Shown here: positions 13,376 to 26,943 of the stretch, one piece after another | How positions within the stretch are numbered: the stretch's first letter is position 1 | Layout: the number at the start of each line of letters is the position of its first letter | Source of the DNA: Prorocentrum cordatum | Taxonomy: Eukaryota | NCBI GenBank assembly: GCA_963575745.1 | Contig: CAUYUJ010000029.1 | Location: 62,001 to 119,415 of the forward strand | Reading direction: 5' to 3' | DNA length: 57,415 nucleotides | Program-made: the position numbers and the translations under genes | The notes under the pieces: generated by a model | Databases searched by the model: none | What the model was told of the DNA's origin: nothing | Seen by the model: only the letters and a program-made list of their open reading frames with translations

Positions 13376-14066
13376 AATCCAACCGCAACTAAGCAAGCAC
13401 GAAGACACCAACCACATATCGCCGACAAACAGAACTCAACGGAAACCAACAACAACAAACATAACCAACGATTTCACTACTTACTCCACCTCTCCTCCTC
13501 ATCCCCCTCCCCCTCCCCCACCTCCTCCTCCTCCTCCTCGCCCCCCACCCCTCATCCCTCACCCTTCACTAATTCTCCTCTGCCTCATCTTTCCCCTCCT
13601 TCCTCCTCTTCCTTGCCCTGCTCATTTGGGTGGGGGGGAGGGAGCAGCAGGAAGAGGAGAAGGAGGAGGAGGAGGAGGAGGATGAGGAGGAAGAAGATGG
13701 GGGTATGCGGGACCGGAATGAAGGAGTAGTGTAATGTGGAGGAGTGAGGTGGAGGAGGAGGAGGGGGAGTGTAATGGAGGAGTTGCCCCCCTCCCCGAAA
13801 TGCAGGAGTTCTCCCCCCCCGCCCTCCTCCTACGTACTCCTCCTCCCCCTCCTCCTTCTCCTCTTCCTCCCCATCATCTTTCTCCTCCTCCTCCTCCTCC
13901 TGCCCTCCCCCATGGCGAACGGCAAAGGGGGGAGGAGGAATGAGGGCGAGGACGATGCTGATGATGAGGAGGAGGCGGAGGAGGAGAAGGAAGAGGAGGA
14001 GGAGGAGGAGGCGGAGAATGGGGGAGGAGGGTGAGAAGGAGAGGTGGAGTAAGTAGTGACAACATC

Positions 14067-14950
14067 ATTCCCAAACATCCTGTGGTGTTGGGTCCTGAGT
14101 TTGAAGAGGCAGCGCCCCGCTTTCCTTCCTCTCCTCCTCCTCCTTCCCCCTCCTCCCTCCTCTAGGGAGCTCCACCGACAGCCCCAGTGGCAAGGTTTGT
14201 ATGCGGTTCCATCCCAACTTCGGCACACCCCTCACACGTTCCGTGGCCCCATCCATCGAAGGCCCCAGTGGCAAGGTTCGCATGCGGTTCCACCCCCATT
14301 TCGGCACACCCCTCACACGTTCCGTCGTTCCATGGGGAGCTCCACCGAAAGCCCCAATGGCAAGGTTCGCATGTCCCTCACACGTTTCATGGCCCCATAA
14401 GGAGTTCCACCGAATGCCCCAGTGGCAAAGTTCGCACGCGGTTCCACCCCAATTTCGGCACACCCCTCACACGTTTCCTGGTCCCATAGGAAGCTCCGCC
14501 GACGGTCCCAATGGCGGGGTTCGCATGTGGTTCCACCCACATTTCGGCACTCCCGTCACACGTTTCGTGGCACCAGAAGGAGCTTCACCAAACGCCCCAG
14601 TGGCAAGGTTCGCATGCGGTTGCATCCCAATTTCGGCACCCCTCACACGCTTCGTGGACCCAAAAAGAGCTCCACCCAAGGCCCTAGTGGCGGGGTTCTC
14701 ATGCGGTTCCACCCCAAATTTCGGCATACCACTCACACGCTTCGTGGCCTCATAGGGAGCTCCACCGAGAGCCCCAGTGGCAAGGTTCGCATGCGGTTCC
14801 ACCCCCTTTCGGCACACCCCTCACTCGTTTCGTGACTCCATGGGGAGCTCCGCCGAAGGCCCCAGCGGCAGGGTTCGCATGCGGTAGCATCCCAATTTCG
14901 GCACACCCCTCACGCGTTTCGTGGCCCTGTACGGAGCTCCACCGAAGACG
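14067..14950 (+). repeat. Same cap motif plus a diverged ~90-bp minisatellite of the same family (~9 irregular copies)
   Basis: ttcccaaacatcctgtggtgttgggtcctgagtttgaagaggcagcgc at ~14068; repeated ttcggcacacccctcacacg...gagctccaccgaa...cagtggcaaggttcgcatgcgg. Confidence 0.88.
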
Positions 14951-15749
14951 ATACTCACAATTGCGGCACTCACAACTGCATATGGTTGAGTCCTTCGCCA
15001 GGCTAATTGTTTGTTGTTTGCTTGTGTTCCCTTAGGTTTGTCATGGGTGATTTTCGGCGGTTTGCATTTGCTTTCTTTGCTGTTTGTTTGGTTCTTTGAG
15101 TTCTTGATTTTTCGAATGTCTTGATCAATCATATCTCTTTGTGCCTCCCGCAACAAACAAGCACGCTTTCGAATCCTTTGGGGGCTGTGGCACCCTACTG
15201 CCCGCATATGTGTATATGTGTGTATGTATATATGCACATTGTTATCTACATATATACAACGTGTTTGGGATGATCCCTTGGTGGTAATCGTTTTGTCGTC
15301 TTGGGGCGACTCGGAGGCTTCTGGTTCCACTCGGGGCTCTCGTGGGAATGCGTGGGCGCCCTCATGGTCGCTTCAAGACCTGTGTCTGGGCCTGGCAGGG
15401 ACATTCAACAGGCTTAGAAGCCCCCGAGGGACCCTCTGCAAGGGAATTTGAAAGTCCGGGGGTCATTCGTTGAATGTTTCCGTCTGGGGGGGTAAGGTCG
15501 GTTTCTCATGCTTCGGCTACATCGCAAACGAAACTAATAGCAAACAGATGCGTCTATGCATTTTGCTGTTGATATTGTTGTTTGGTTGTCCTCTCTCTCT
15601 CTCTCTATCCCCTGTCTCTCTTATTCCCGCTCGTTTTTCTCTCTTTCTCTCTCTTTGGTTTTCTGTACCATAATGTAGTTCGTCATGTTCTGTTAGCCAC
15701 CGTGAGCTCCGAATAATGTCTTCTGGTATACTCGGTGGTGCAGTATACG

Positions 15750-18260
15750 TGGTGCAAAATTTGCGTTGTAACCTACGTGGTGTGATCTATACAGTGCAAC
15801 TGCATCGTGCTCTTTCGTAAAATGGCGAGTCCACTGCTCGCGCAACCACCCACCACCTACCACAATTCGGTTTGCAAAGCCCATGCGGCGGCGATTGCAG
15901 TGACTGGTGGCGCTGGCTGGCGCATCGCAGCGGCCGCGCCAATGCCCGAAATCTCGCGCGCAAAACGGCCAGCTAGTTTGGCGCGGCCGACGCGGCCGCG
16001 GTGGCGCTGACTGCTGGTGGCTCCCCAATGCGTCTCGCAAACCGCGCTGACAATTCGGTGCGAGTCGGTGGCCCGGGCGGGCGCGGTACCATGGCGACGT
16101 CGACAACGGCAGCCACGATAGTGAGTGCAGCGATGCTGGTGACGATGGCGACGATGACGGGGGCAAGGCCAATGACGGCGTCGCTGCTGATCACGCCGAT
16201 GGTAATGATGGTGGCCCTTTGTCGGTGATGAACGTTTTGGAAGGATTTCGACATGCGCGCGCGGCAGACACTCGCGAATGGCCCCCATGGTGTTACTTGA
16301 CAGGGATCGTGCCCCCCCCTTCCAAGCAAACGCGCAAGGGTTTTCGAATGATTTCGAAGCCCGCTTGGCCGAATTGGGTGCGTATGCCAAAACACGCACT
16401 GCCTTTCGCTGAAACGCAGCACGCGCTGTTTGAGGAACCGCGTTGCACAATTGTTGAGTTGTTTCGTTTAGCTTGCAATCGTCGATCTTGCAATCCTTAC
16501 GGCGCCTGAGGTTTTCAAGACTTTTGGCATGTGCGCGCGACGACGCGCGCGTGCCGACTTGGTCCTACTGTTTGCGAACAAAGGGTTCTTGGACATTGGT
16601 AATTTGTGATAAACGGGCGTGCGCGCCGTATCCCCCAGCCAGGGAGCGGAACTAGTTTTGAACACCATGTTGCGAAACCATGTGCATTTCTTGGTTTGCG
16701 TGAGCCTCAATTTTGACATCCTTACATCACCCAATATTTTTTGAATGATGTCGGTATGCGCGCGGCGACGCGCGCGTGGACTTGTCACATTTGTGGGGTG
16801 TGTGGAACTCGTTTTGGGATAAACGAGTGTGCGCGCGGTGTATTATTTGACAGGGATGACACAAGGACGATCAAAGGGGATTCCCTGGAAAGGTGTGAGT
16901 TCATATTTGAAATGAACAATGCGGCAGAATCATCAGACAAATCATGCTATCCCATCTCTGCTGAACTTGAAGCTGTCAACTCTACTGTTCGCGCAATCGT
17001 CCCACCCACCCGCCCGCAACTTGGTTTTCAAAACCCATGCGGCGGCGATTGCGATGAGTGATCGGCGATGGCTGTAGCAGCGCCGCGGCCGCTCTAGCGT
17101 GCATGCTCGCGCGCGCAGCTGCCAAATAATTTGGCGCGACCGACGCGGCCGCGGCCGCGACCGGACGCTGGGCACTTCCCAGCGGGCGCTTCAACGTGAG
17201 TCGGCGATTTGGGCGGGCGCGGTATCATGGCAACGTCGACAACGGTAGACGCGATGTTGATAAGAGCGATGCTGGTGACGATGATGACAACGACGACGGC
17301 ACGGCCAGTGACGGCGCCGATGCTGATCACGCTGCTGACGACGACGGCGTCCCCGCGTCGGCGATGAGGGTTTTGGAAGGAGTTCGACATGCCCGCGCGG
17401 ACGACGCGCGAGTGGCCCGCATGGTAATATTTGAAACGGATCGTACCCCCCCCCCCCCGCACGTGCACAAAGGCCTTCGAATGATTTCGGCATGCGGCGC
17501 GAGAGGCTGGTCCGTTTAGCATCATGTAATGACCATGTTGAAAACTCGGTGGTGTTCCCAAGAAATCGCAAGACCGCGCGCGCAGGCTTTTTTTGAACAC
17601 GGGTAACCCTGTTTTTTTGTCCCTCTTCATAAGATGTCGGGGCAATCGATTTTGACATTCTTGCGACACCTTAGGTTTTGCAGGATTCCGGCATGCGCGC
17701 CCGACGACGCGCGCGTGTGCCCGTCGCCCAGTCTGTTGCAATCTATTCTTGCCACATCACGCGCGCAAGGGCGTTTTTGCGATTCGACATGCGCGCGCGA
17801 GAAGCCCGTTTGGTAGCATGCTATGAGCATGCTGGTTTTCTTGAGAATTCGCAAGGGCGCGGGCGCAAGCTTTTTTGAATCTTCTTGTTGCGAAACCATG
17901 TGATTCTATATGTTTTCGGGACACTCCGTTTTGAACTCCAAGCGAACCCTGAGGTTTTTGAGCGGTTCTGGCATGTGCGCGCCACGACGCGCGCTTGCGC
18001 ACGTCGTCCCACTTTTTGCAATGGGTTCTTGAAAACTGATGAGTTGTGATGAGCGTGTGTGCGCATATTCTTGCAGAGGAAGGGGGGGGGCGATACCGGT
18101 TTGGCTGGGATGCTACGAACTCGTGTTCAGGATGGACGATGGGGCAGAATCGTATGTAAGTTGCAATGCGAAAAGGGGGGCCGTTAAGTCCGGGGGGGAG
18201 GGGGTAGATCCCAATACTCTCTTAGAAAATAAAACCTACGCGGTGCAATCAATGTGGTGC
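15750..18260 (+). mobile_element. Dispersed ~1.2-1.4-kb non-coding repeat family, two head-to-tail copies
   Basis: Shared blocks ccactgctcgcgcaa, cccatgcggcggcgattgc and a gatgctggtgacgatg core; terminal gttaagtccggggggg...ctcttaga at 18183. Confidence 0.7.
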
Positions 18261-18509
18261 AATCTATCTGGCGGCGGGCGGCAAAGGAACACGAAGCAAT
18301 GCCCAGTAACGAAAAGCAGTGCAACGCAATGCGGAACAATGCAACTCAAGAACAACGCCGGTCAGCACTATAAGGCGTGCAAACCGGTGCAAAAAGCAAC
18401 GCAACGCACTGCAACTCAATGTACAGCAAGGCAGAACAACGCAAACAGCGCAATGCACATGAATAGAATGCAATGTGCACAGACGCAATTCATATCAACG
18501 CAGGCACAG

Positions 18510-18820
18510 AAGCGGCGACGGGGCGGCGACGGCGGCCACGTAGCCGCCAGGTCGACGGGCAGGCCCAGGCGGCGACGGGGCGGCGACGGGGCGGCGACGG
18601 CGGCCACGTGGCCGCCAGACCGACGGGCAGGCCCAGGTGGCGACGGGGCGGCGACGGCGGCCACATAGCCGCCAGGTCGACGGGCAGGCCCAGGCGGCGA
18701 CGGGGCGGCGACGGCGGCCACGTAGCCGCCAGACCGACGGGCAGGCCCAGGCGGCGACGAGGCGGCGACGAGGCGACGAGGAGGCGACCACGTGGCCGCC
18801 AGACGGACGGGCAGGCCCAG
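18510..18820. repeat. ~59-bp GC-rich tandem repeat (~5 copies)
   Basis: ggcggcgacggggcggcgacggcggccacgtagccgccag(gt/ac)cgacgggcaggccca. Confidence 0.9.
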
Positions 18821-19550
18821 ATTTCTCAGACAAGAAATGCGACCCCCCTAAATGCAAACGCTGATTATGATATGTGCGCATGGTCCTCGCAGCTGCTGTC
18901 GGCCGCCGCCCCGCGCTCCTCCCCGTCCTCCTCCTCCTTTCTGCGTTCGACCAGGCCTGATGTGTGAACACGTGGCGTTCTAGACCTCCTCCTCGTCCTC
19001 CTTCCCCTTTCTCCTCCTCGTGCGTCGTTTGTTTGTGTGATTTGCTTCCCCTCTCTCTCTGCCCCCCTCTCTCTTTCTTTCTTTCTTTCTTTGTTTCTCT
19101 CTCTCTCTCTCTGTATACATATATATATATATACAGGGGGGCGACCACAAGAACATTTCCACGCGAAGCCCAAACCTGAGACCCCAGGGCGTCCATCGAT
19201 TGGGAACGTCACGCTTTCCATGCGCACAGCCATCGAAACCCAAGAAACCCAGGGCACCCTGGAGGCAAAAGCAGGCTGTGTCTTGGCACGAGCCCCCACT
19301 GCATCTCTCCTCCCTTCTCTCTTTCCCTCTCTCTCTCTCTCTCTTCCCCCTCTCTCTTTCTTTCTTTCTTTCTTTCCTTCCTTCCTTCTTTCTTTCTTTC
19401 TTTCTTTAGATATACATGGGCGTCCCCCCAGCACCCAGTCATCGCCTTCCTTCTCTTGACGATGTTGTGGTGCCCTCTTCCTTCTCTCTCTCCCCTTCTC
19501 TCTCTCTCTCGCTGACCGCCACCTGCCGCCGCGTGTGGGCCCTGGCTCGC

Positions 19551-19587
19551 CTCGATGGTGCCCGAGTCGCAGGCGGCGAGCAGCTGC
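19551..19587 (-). CDS. Putative exon C: G+QLLAACDSGTIE
   Basis: gag|G acceptor, GAG|gc donor, 37 nt; completes the AGG Arg codon split with exon B. Confidence 0.7.
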
Positions 19588-19682
19588 CTCTCCGCGCCGT
19601 CGGGGAGGGGGGGGGAGGGGGGAGGGAGGAGCCCAGCCCTCGCGAGGCTCAGACTTCGAGGAGGAGAAAGAGGAGGAGGAGG

Positions 19683-19718
<36 letters not shown>

Positions 19719-19799
19719 AGAAGGAGGAGGAGAAGGAGGAGGAGCAGGAGGAGGAGGAGGAGGAGCAGGAGGAGGAGCAGGAGGAGGAGCAGGAGGAGG

Positions 19800-19835
<36 letters not shown>

Positions 19836-20820
19836 AGGAGGAGGAGGAGATGGAGGATGAGGAGGAGGAGTAGCCGCGGGTCTGGCGCGTTTCTGGGGCT
19901 CCCGCTCCTGGGGCGCTGTCCTGGCTCTGCGGGTGCTTTCAGGCCTGGTTCGGCGTCCCTACATCACCGTGGCGAGGGTTTCTTTCAGTCCGCCTCTTCG
20001 CCACTAGCGCAGCAGGTCGGAGCAGTTCGGAGCAGAGGTGCTCCAAGCACTCCGCGCACGGGCGCGTCCCGCTCGAAACTTTGTCGAATCTGGCGCGGAG
20101 TAATTTCCGATCCGGTTTGGGGGGTAACCGGGTTGTAAGCATCAGGCGGACCGGAAGCTGCTCCGCCGAATAACGCCGCCATCACGATGTTGGTAATCTG
20201 TTAAGAAGAAAGGAGACATATCTTTGCCACCACACACTGGAGAAACTTTTGTCACGGCTGTAGGGGCCCTGGAACAAGAGGACTCGTTTTCGTAGTTCCA
20301 TCCCTTGTTCGTTCGAGGCCGTCTACAGACCACGAGTGACGCGTGCGCCGCCTGGCGCGCGGCTACCTGGCCAGTTCAGTTCGCTGCATGTCCTCCGCCC
20401 GTGCGGGCATCCGGCATGCTTCCTGCGGGTCAGCTGCGCTTCGCCGCAAGACTCGCGCCGACCTCAAGGAGGAGGAAGGAGGAAGAGGCGGAGGAGGAGG
20501 AGACTACAACAGAGAGAGAGAGAGAGACATATACATATGTGCTTTTATATATACATACAGATAAGTAAATATAACTAAAACAAAAGAGCAAGATCTGGGA
20601 CGTGGGGGAATCTAGGGGGCGCTGACCACTGCCCTTCTCCCCTCCCTGCGATCTGGGCGCCGGAAGACCAAACACGGATGGCGGGCACTTCCGCCCTGGC
20701 CTCGGACCCGTGGGCCCGCACACGCCGACCGGGCCGATGGGGCCCTGGACATTACTCTGCACGAGGCTGCTGGCCTCCACGGCGCCGCAGCTGCCTCAGG
20801 GGGGGGGCGCCGCAGGCTGC

Positions 20821-20891
20821 CTCCGCACGTTCTCCTGCTTCTGCCTGTGCCGCTCCTTCACGTCGAGGAGCTCCACGGCGCGGCGGTACTC
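20821..20891 (-). CDS. Putative exon B: EYRRAVELLDVKERHRQKQENVR+AG
   Basis: gag|G acceptor, AG|gc donor, 71 nt; the phase-2 end matches the start of exon C. Confidence 0.7.
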
Positions 20892-21136
20892 CTCCGCGTT
20901 TCGGGGTCGGCGCCGCCCAGGCGCTCCCGCCGAGCCGCAGGCCAGGAGGAACAGCCGAGGGGGACGAGGGGCGGGTCGGGCGACGGGGGGCAGGACATGG
21001 AGGGTGGGCGAGTCAGCTCGTGCAGAGCTGGCTCTCCTGGCCCCTCCTTGCGCCGGAGGCGGCCATGTATGGAGCTCCTCCCCTGTTCCCTGCCCTCTCC
21101 TCTCCCTCCTCCTCCTCCTCCTCCTGCTTCTGCTTC

Positions 21137-21167
<31 letters not shown>

Positions 21168-21944
21168 CTCCTCTTCCTCCTCCTCGTCCTCCTCCTCCTC
21201 CTCCTCCTCCTCCTCCCCCTCCCCCTCCCCCTCCCCCTCCCCCATCCTCCTCCTGGTCCGCCTCCGCCTCCTCCGCCTCCTCCGCCTCCTCCTCCTCCTC
21301 CTCCTCCTTCCCTCCTCCTTCTCCTCCTTCATCCAAAACCGCATCCCTCCCCCATGTTCCTCCTACTGCTCCTTCTCCTCCCCCGCTCACCTCTTCCTTC
21401 TCTGCCTCTTCCCCTCCTGCTTCTTGCCTTCCTCCGACCCTGCCAGCCCGACGCGAGCCAGCCCCAGCGAGTGCCTCCCGGGCCCCAGGCACCGGTCCAA
21501 GTGGCACCGCGGGCCGAGGGCGGTCGTGGCGACGGCGGGCACAGACAGCTGCTCCAGATTTCGTGATAAAAGGGAGGGGGTCTGGACCCTCCAAGACAAG
21601 CCATTTCAGACCTCCCCCGTGGGAGAACCCTCCAAAACATCGTCCCCAGACCCCCCAGGCCCTCCAAGATAGCCTGGAAGAGACCCCCCCCCCGAAATGA
21701 GACCCCCCTCCCTTTCTTACGAAATCTGGAGTAGTTATTCAGCATGGGCGTTTCCATATGCACATCGGTCTCCTAGCTGCTCCTTCTCGATGTCTGGGCA
21801 TGTGCGGAGCTGCGCTGAACCTCCGTGACTGAGCACGGACGACCCTGAATGCGAATGCGTATGGCCATGATCCCCTAAAATTTGATGGGTTTTGGGTGAG
21901 AAAGAGGGGGAGGCGATAGGAATCCTGATGTGGACTGGTCCGGG

Positions 21945-22500
21945 TATGAGTAAGTCTGAACACAGGTAAGTGTGCATATGAGCGGATGCGGATGTGGGTG
22001 GGTCTGACTGTGAGCGAATCAGCTAACGCGCGAGTCTGAATCTGAATGAATCTGAATTCGAGTGGCCCAGCATGGGTGGTTGAGTACAGGTGGGGTCTGC
22101 TTACGAGTGGGTACTGGCGACTGGCGTGAGTGAGTCTGAGTGCGCGCGCGTGTGAACCTCAGCGTCTCTTAGTAGGAGTGGGTCTGCGGAAGAGTGAACC
22201 CTACCATGAATATCGGTACGAGTGTGAGCGAGTTGGAGTACGAGTGAACTATGAGTAGATCCGAATGTGTGCGGATCTGAATGCGAGTGAACCTTCAAAT
22301 GACGGAATCGGAAAGTGAGTGGCTGAGCATGGGTGAGCATGAGCGGGACTGGGCCTGAGTATGAGTACTTGGGAATGGCTCGGTCTCAATTTGATTAGGT
22401 ATGGGTGAGGGCGGGTCTGAGTATGAGTGAGTCTGGCCGGAACACGACGTGAGTCAGAGGGTGAATGAGCCTGGATCAGAATGTTTGTATGTGAAGGCTA
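21945..22500. repeat. Degenerate (GAGTCTGAGTATGAGT)-type simple repeat; relatives at 23905-24185 and 27760-27992 (reverse)
   Basis: Recurrent tctgagt.tgagtgag / ctcatacacagactta. Confidence 0.75.
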
Positions 22501-25500
22501 TGAACGTGCGTGGGTTCGGGTCTGCAATACAAGTGGCTGAGCACGAGCGGACCAGCACGAGCGTGTCTGGGCACGACTTAGCCTGGGTGCTGGTAAACCC
22601 GAGTCGGGGGGGCCGGTCGTGAGCAGGTCGCCTCTGGACGAGCAGGAGAAGCAATCATGCCACGATGTGAGCATAATTTTTTCGACCTCCTCCGTGGGGC
22701 CACTTCTCGTGGCGCAGTGCGACCTGGCGTCAAGCGGCGCGGGGCCGCCCGCATCCTCGGCCCAGTCTCCATCAGCCTCGCCGTCGCCCACGGGGGCTGC
22801 CGTGCGTGTCCCCGCCGTCGCCCCCTCCCCAGGCGGGCGGTGCTCGGCGGGGGGCCTTCGCCCGCGGGCGCCCGCGCTAAAAGTGCCCGCCTGCAGGGCA
22901 GTTTCTAATACATGGGATTTTTAAACATATAGGATTTGCAATACATGATCAATCTATGAATGAATTTATGCATGAACTCCTCGCTGTTTTTAACACTAAG
23001 TCCCTGCATGTGTAATACATGATCCGCACGCGGAGCATGCATTAAAAACAGCACTGTGCCTGCACCCGTTTGGCGGTGCGCTGCGGCGGGTGGGCCCATC
23101 GCGGTGGCGTCCCTGCCTCCGCCCCCAGCGGCTGCTCTCGCTTGCCCCATGGGGCTCCTTGTCAGGAGCCCTCCTCCTCCTCCTCCTCCTCCTCCTCCTC
23201 CTCCTCCTCCCTCCTCCCTCCTCCCTCCTCCCTCCGCCCACCCTCGCCGCCCTCTGGGGCTTGCGCCGGCGCCTGGTCCTGGCCGGGAGTCTGAAGGGTG
23301 AGACCCAGGAGGCTCCAGCCAGGCAGCGCTGTCCCACATTCCCCTTGCCGGCTCCCCGGACGCCAACCATCCTTGGTATAGAGCGGGGCGGCACTGCTCC
23401 TCCCCGAAGCGGCCCCCCCTTTGTCTGCAGCGGAACGCTGCGGCGGCTGGGTCCACCGCGGCAGCGTCCCTCCCCCTGCCCCCAGCGGCCGCGCGGCAGT
23501 GCCACAGCGGAGCGGGGCTTCCTGCCGGCTCGGCTCCCAGTGGACTCGAGCTGGCAGTGCTGCGGGCGCGTGCTCCCTGTTCTCCTGCCTACCCTGGCGT
23601 CCCAGGCCCGCAGGTCCCCAGAACGGAACGTTTGTGAGGGCCTCTGACAGTACACACGCGTGTCCCCCCCTCCCCCCGGAGCCGGCGTTCTACACGAGAG
23701 GTGCCGGCAGTCCCCCTGGTGGCGACCCCTTCGGGGAATCCTAATGCGATGCCTGCTACATCGCGATAACCACGAGCCTCTGAAAACAAGAGCACGTGTT
23801 CCCCCAAACTGGCATTCGACTTGACATGTCCCACAACTCTGGGCGCGGCCAGGCGCGTAACCTTCCCCGTGGCGGCCATCCCCACGGCACGGCCAAGTGC
23901 GACTCATAAGTGAGAGAGTCTGAGCGTGAGCAATCATGAGTGTGATTGAATCTGAGTGTCAGCCAGTCCACGGATCAGTGAGTCGGCAGTTGAGCGAATC
24001 TGAGTATGAGTGAAGGTGAGTACGAGTGAGTCTGAGTGCGAGTGAGTCTTGGTATGACTGCGTCTGAGTGTGAGCAAATCTGAGTGTGAGTGGGTATGAG
24101 TATGAATGGGGATGGGTACGAGTGCGTCTGTGTGTGAGGGGGTCTGAGTCTGAGTGAGTCCCCTGCATGAGTTAGTCTGACTATTGGAGATCGGAGCGAG
24201 CTGAGGCGAGGAGGAGGAGGCGGAGGGATCACACTAGTAACAATACACCCATCCTTAGGATATTGAGAGTAGCCACAAATGGCAGCGGCACGGCAATGGC
24301 AGTTCCCCAGGATGGACAAGAACATCCAACGAAGACGAAGAACATCAGGGTACCCTCCCCGAACCGACTTCGATCTCATGCCTCGGTCCCGCTGTACTCC
24401 TATTCGAGGTGGAGGAGGAGGATGGGGAGGAGCAGGAGAAGGAGGAGGCGAAGGCGGAGGCGGAAGAGGAAGATGGGGAGGAGGAGGAGGAGGAGGAAGA
24501 GAAAGAGGAGGAGGAGGAGGAGGAGGAGGAGGAGGAGGAGGAGGAGGAGGAGGAGGAAGACGAGGAGGATGAGCAGGAGGAGGAGCAGGAGCAGGAGGAG
24601 GAGGAGGAGGATGAGCAGGAGGAGGAGCAGGAGGAGGAGCAGAGACCCCTCCTCTTCTCCCTCGTGCATGTTACCTTCATGGGCCTCTGCTACTTCCTCG
24701 CCTTTTTGTCGGCGAGCCAGGCAGGGCGCTTCGCGGGAGACGTCCCCAGCGCTTGCGACCCTGAAGCTTCAGACCTGCAGCGGTCACGCGGGTGGAGGGC
24801 GGTGGTGGTCTTCCCGGTGTGGCTCTCGCCGCCCTGCCGCTGCGCACCGTCGTTCGAACTGCTCGCAGCATTTTTGCACGGGTGGAGAATGGCTCCTTTT
24901 CAACATGCGAGCGAGGATAAAAAATCGGTGTGCGAGGTGGCGTAGCGACCTTACGCGGCGGCTTACGCGGGCCGCCAGCGCGGCACGCTGCACTGGAGAC
25001 GAGGGCGCTGACGCGCGGCCTTAGGCGGGAAGCTTACGCGCCAATGTCGGCGCGGACGACCCTATTTCTTGCGTCGCTCAAGTGGCTCTCGCCTCAACGC
25101 CGCGCACGCTCATTCTAAAAACTTGCAATTGTTACACGGACGGAGTTCGGTTCCTCTTCAAGACGGGGTTCTCGCTTTAGCGCCGTGCGCAGTCGTCTGA
25201 AAAGTTTGCAGCAGTCACTGGGATGGGGGACGGCTTTCTCAAATAAACGCTCTCGCTGAGGACCGTCCTTGAAAAGTCAACGATCAGAAACTTGAACATA
25301 TGTAACGACTGCACGGATTGAGGGCGGCTCATTTTCTCGATTGGTTTCCTGCTTGAGACGTCCTCGGAGCGCATGGCTAGAAGTGCAGCCTTGTGTGATA
25401 GCTGTTGTGGTGGTCTGGTTCAAAAGCAGATTTCGATGGACACCTCGTTGAGCTGTATAATCATACATTTTCGCATTTCCTTCTTATTCACTAGAAGGGT

Positions 25501-26868
25501 GCAAAACATTTCCGTTTCAATGCGGAGCTCGTCTTTCAATGGGGCGCTTCTTGTAGTGAGTAGGAAAGCGTGGTGGACTTCTGAAGCGGGGACTTGAGAC
25601 GGGAGGGTGTATTGCAACACCTTAGATGCATCTTGGATTTGCTATGGTCCTCCTTCTCCTCCACCTCCACCTCCTGCTCGTCATTCTCCTTGTCCTCCTC
25701 CCTCCTACCCCTCCCGCTCCTCCTCCTCCTCTTTCTCCTCCTCTTCCTCCTTCCCCTTGTCGTCGCCGCCATCGCAGCCGCCGACGTCGTCGTCACCGCC
25801 GCCGTCTAGAGGAGTAAAGACGGCACAGGCACACGTTTACTTTCGGAGGTCCGCGTGGATCTCTTGGAGAGGTGCTGGACCTCGCTGGGGCCAACACAGA
25901 TCCAAAAGATCTGGGCGGACCTCCGAACATATAGACACAATACATTCATTCATTCATTCATTCATTCATTCATTCATTCATTCATTCATTCAGTCGTACA
26001 CATATATATATATATATATATAGATATATGTATAAATATGCCTTGGAAGGCCATGCCGACACTTCGCGGGCGGGGCACGGCCAGCGAAAGCGGCCAATGA
26101 TGGGCCGAAGGGGAAGGATAAAAGGGTAACCCTGGGAGAATTGCCCATCCTTTCCATGCGGGCTGCCTCTAGCTCAAGACTCCGTCTCCGCATGCACACG
26201 CTGTTCTCCACGGCGGCCCCCGGACCTCTGGCCAGATCTCGAGCGCAATCCAGCCGTGGCCGCGCGGCCTTCCGAGGCGGCGCCAAGGGTACGGGGCGCA
26301 CGACGCCGACGCCCGAACCTCCCTTCGAAGCCCCTGGACGCCCCTGGACGCCCCCAGACGTCCCTGGAAACCCTTGAAATCCCTGAAGCCCCTGGAAGCC
26401 CTTGGGGGTCAGCGCCCATCAAACGGGGACTCCACTAACGGGTACTTTGCCCAGTGACCCAGCGAACCCAACCCTTCCCGCTGTGGGCCACGCTGCCTTG
26501 CCAGACAAAAGGCCCGAACGCGGCAACTTCCGGCAAACCTGCAAAGTATCCGTTAGGAAGTACCCGTTACGGTGCCGTTGAGGGGACCTCGGGAGCCCCC
26601 CCCCCGAAGGGCCAGCCCTTGAAATCCCTGAGACCCTTGAAATCCCTTGAGCCCCCTGGAAGCCCTGGAAGCCCTTGAAATCCCTGAGCCCCCTGGAAGC
26701 CCTTGGGGGGCCTCGGGAGGCCCCCTCCCCCCCGAAGGGCCAGCCTCGGCGCACAGCGCGGGCGCCCGAACCTCCCATCCCTCGACGGCCCTCCGCCGCG
26801 GCGAGGCTCACGCCCCGGCGTGCCAGGCCCGCCCGCCGCGGGCGCCCGGGGGCGCCCCCCGCCCCCTC

Positions 26869-26943
26869 CTGCGGCGGCAGGGGCACGTCCCGGGCCGCCT
26901 GGACGGCGCGGTGCAGCGCGGCCTCGTCGCAGTCCTCCTCGGC
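26869..26943 (-). CDS. Putative exon A: AEEDCDEAALHRAVQAARDVPLPPQ
   Basis: cag|G acceptor, CAG|ga donor, 75 nt, GC3-rich island between repeats. Confidence 0.65.
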
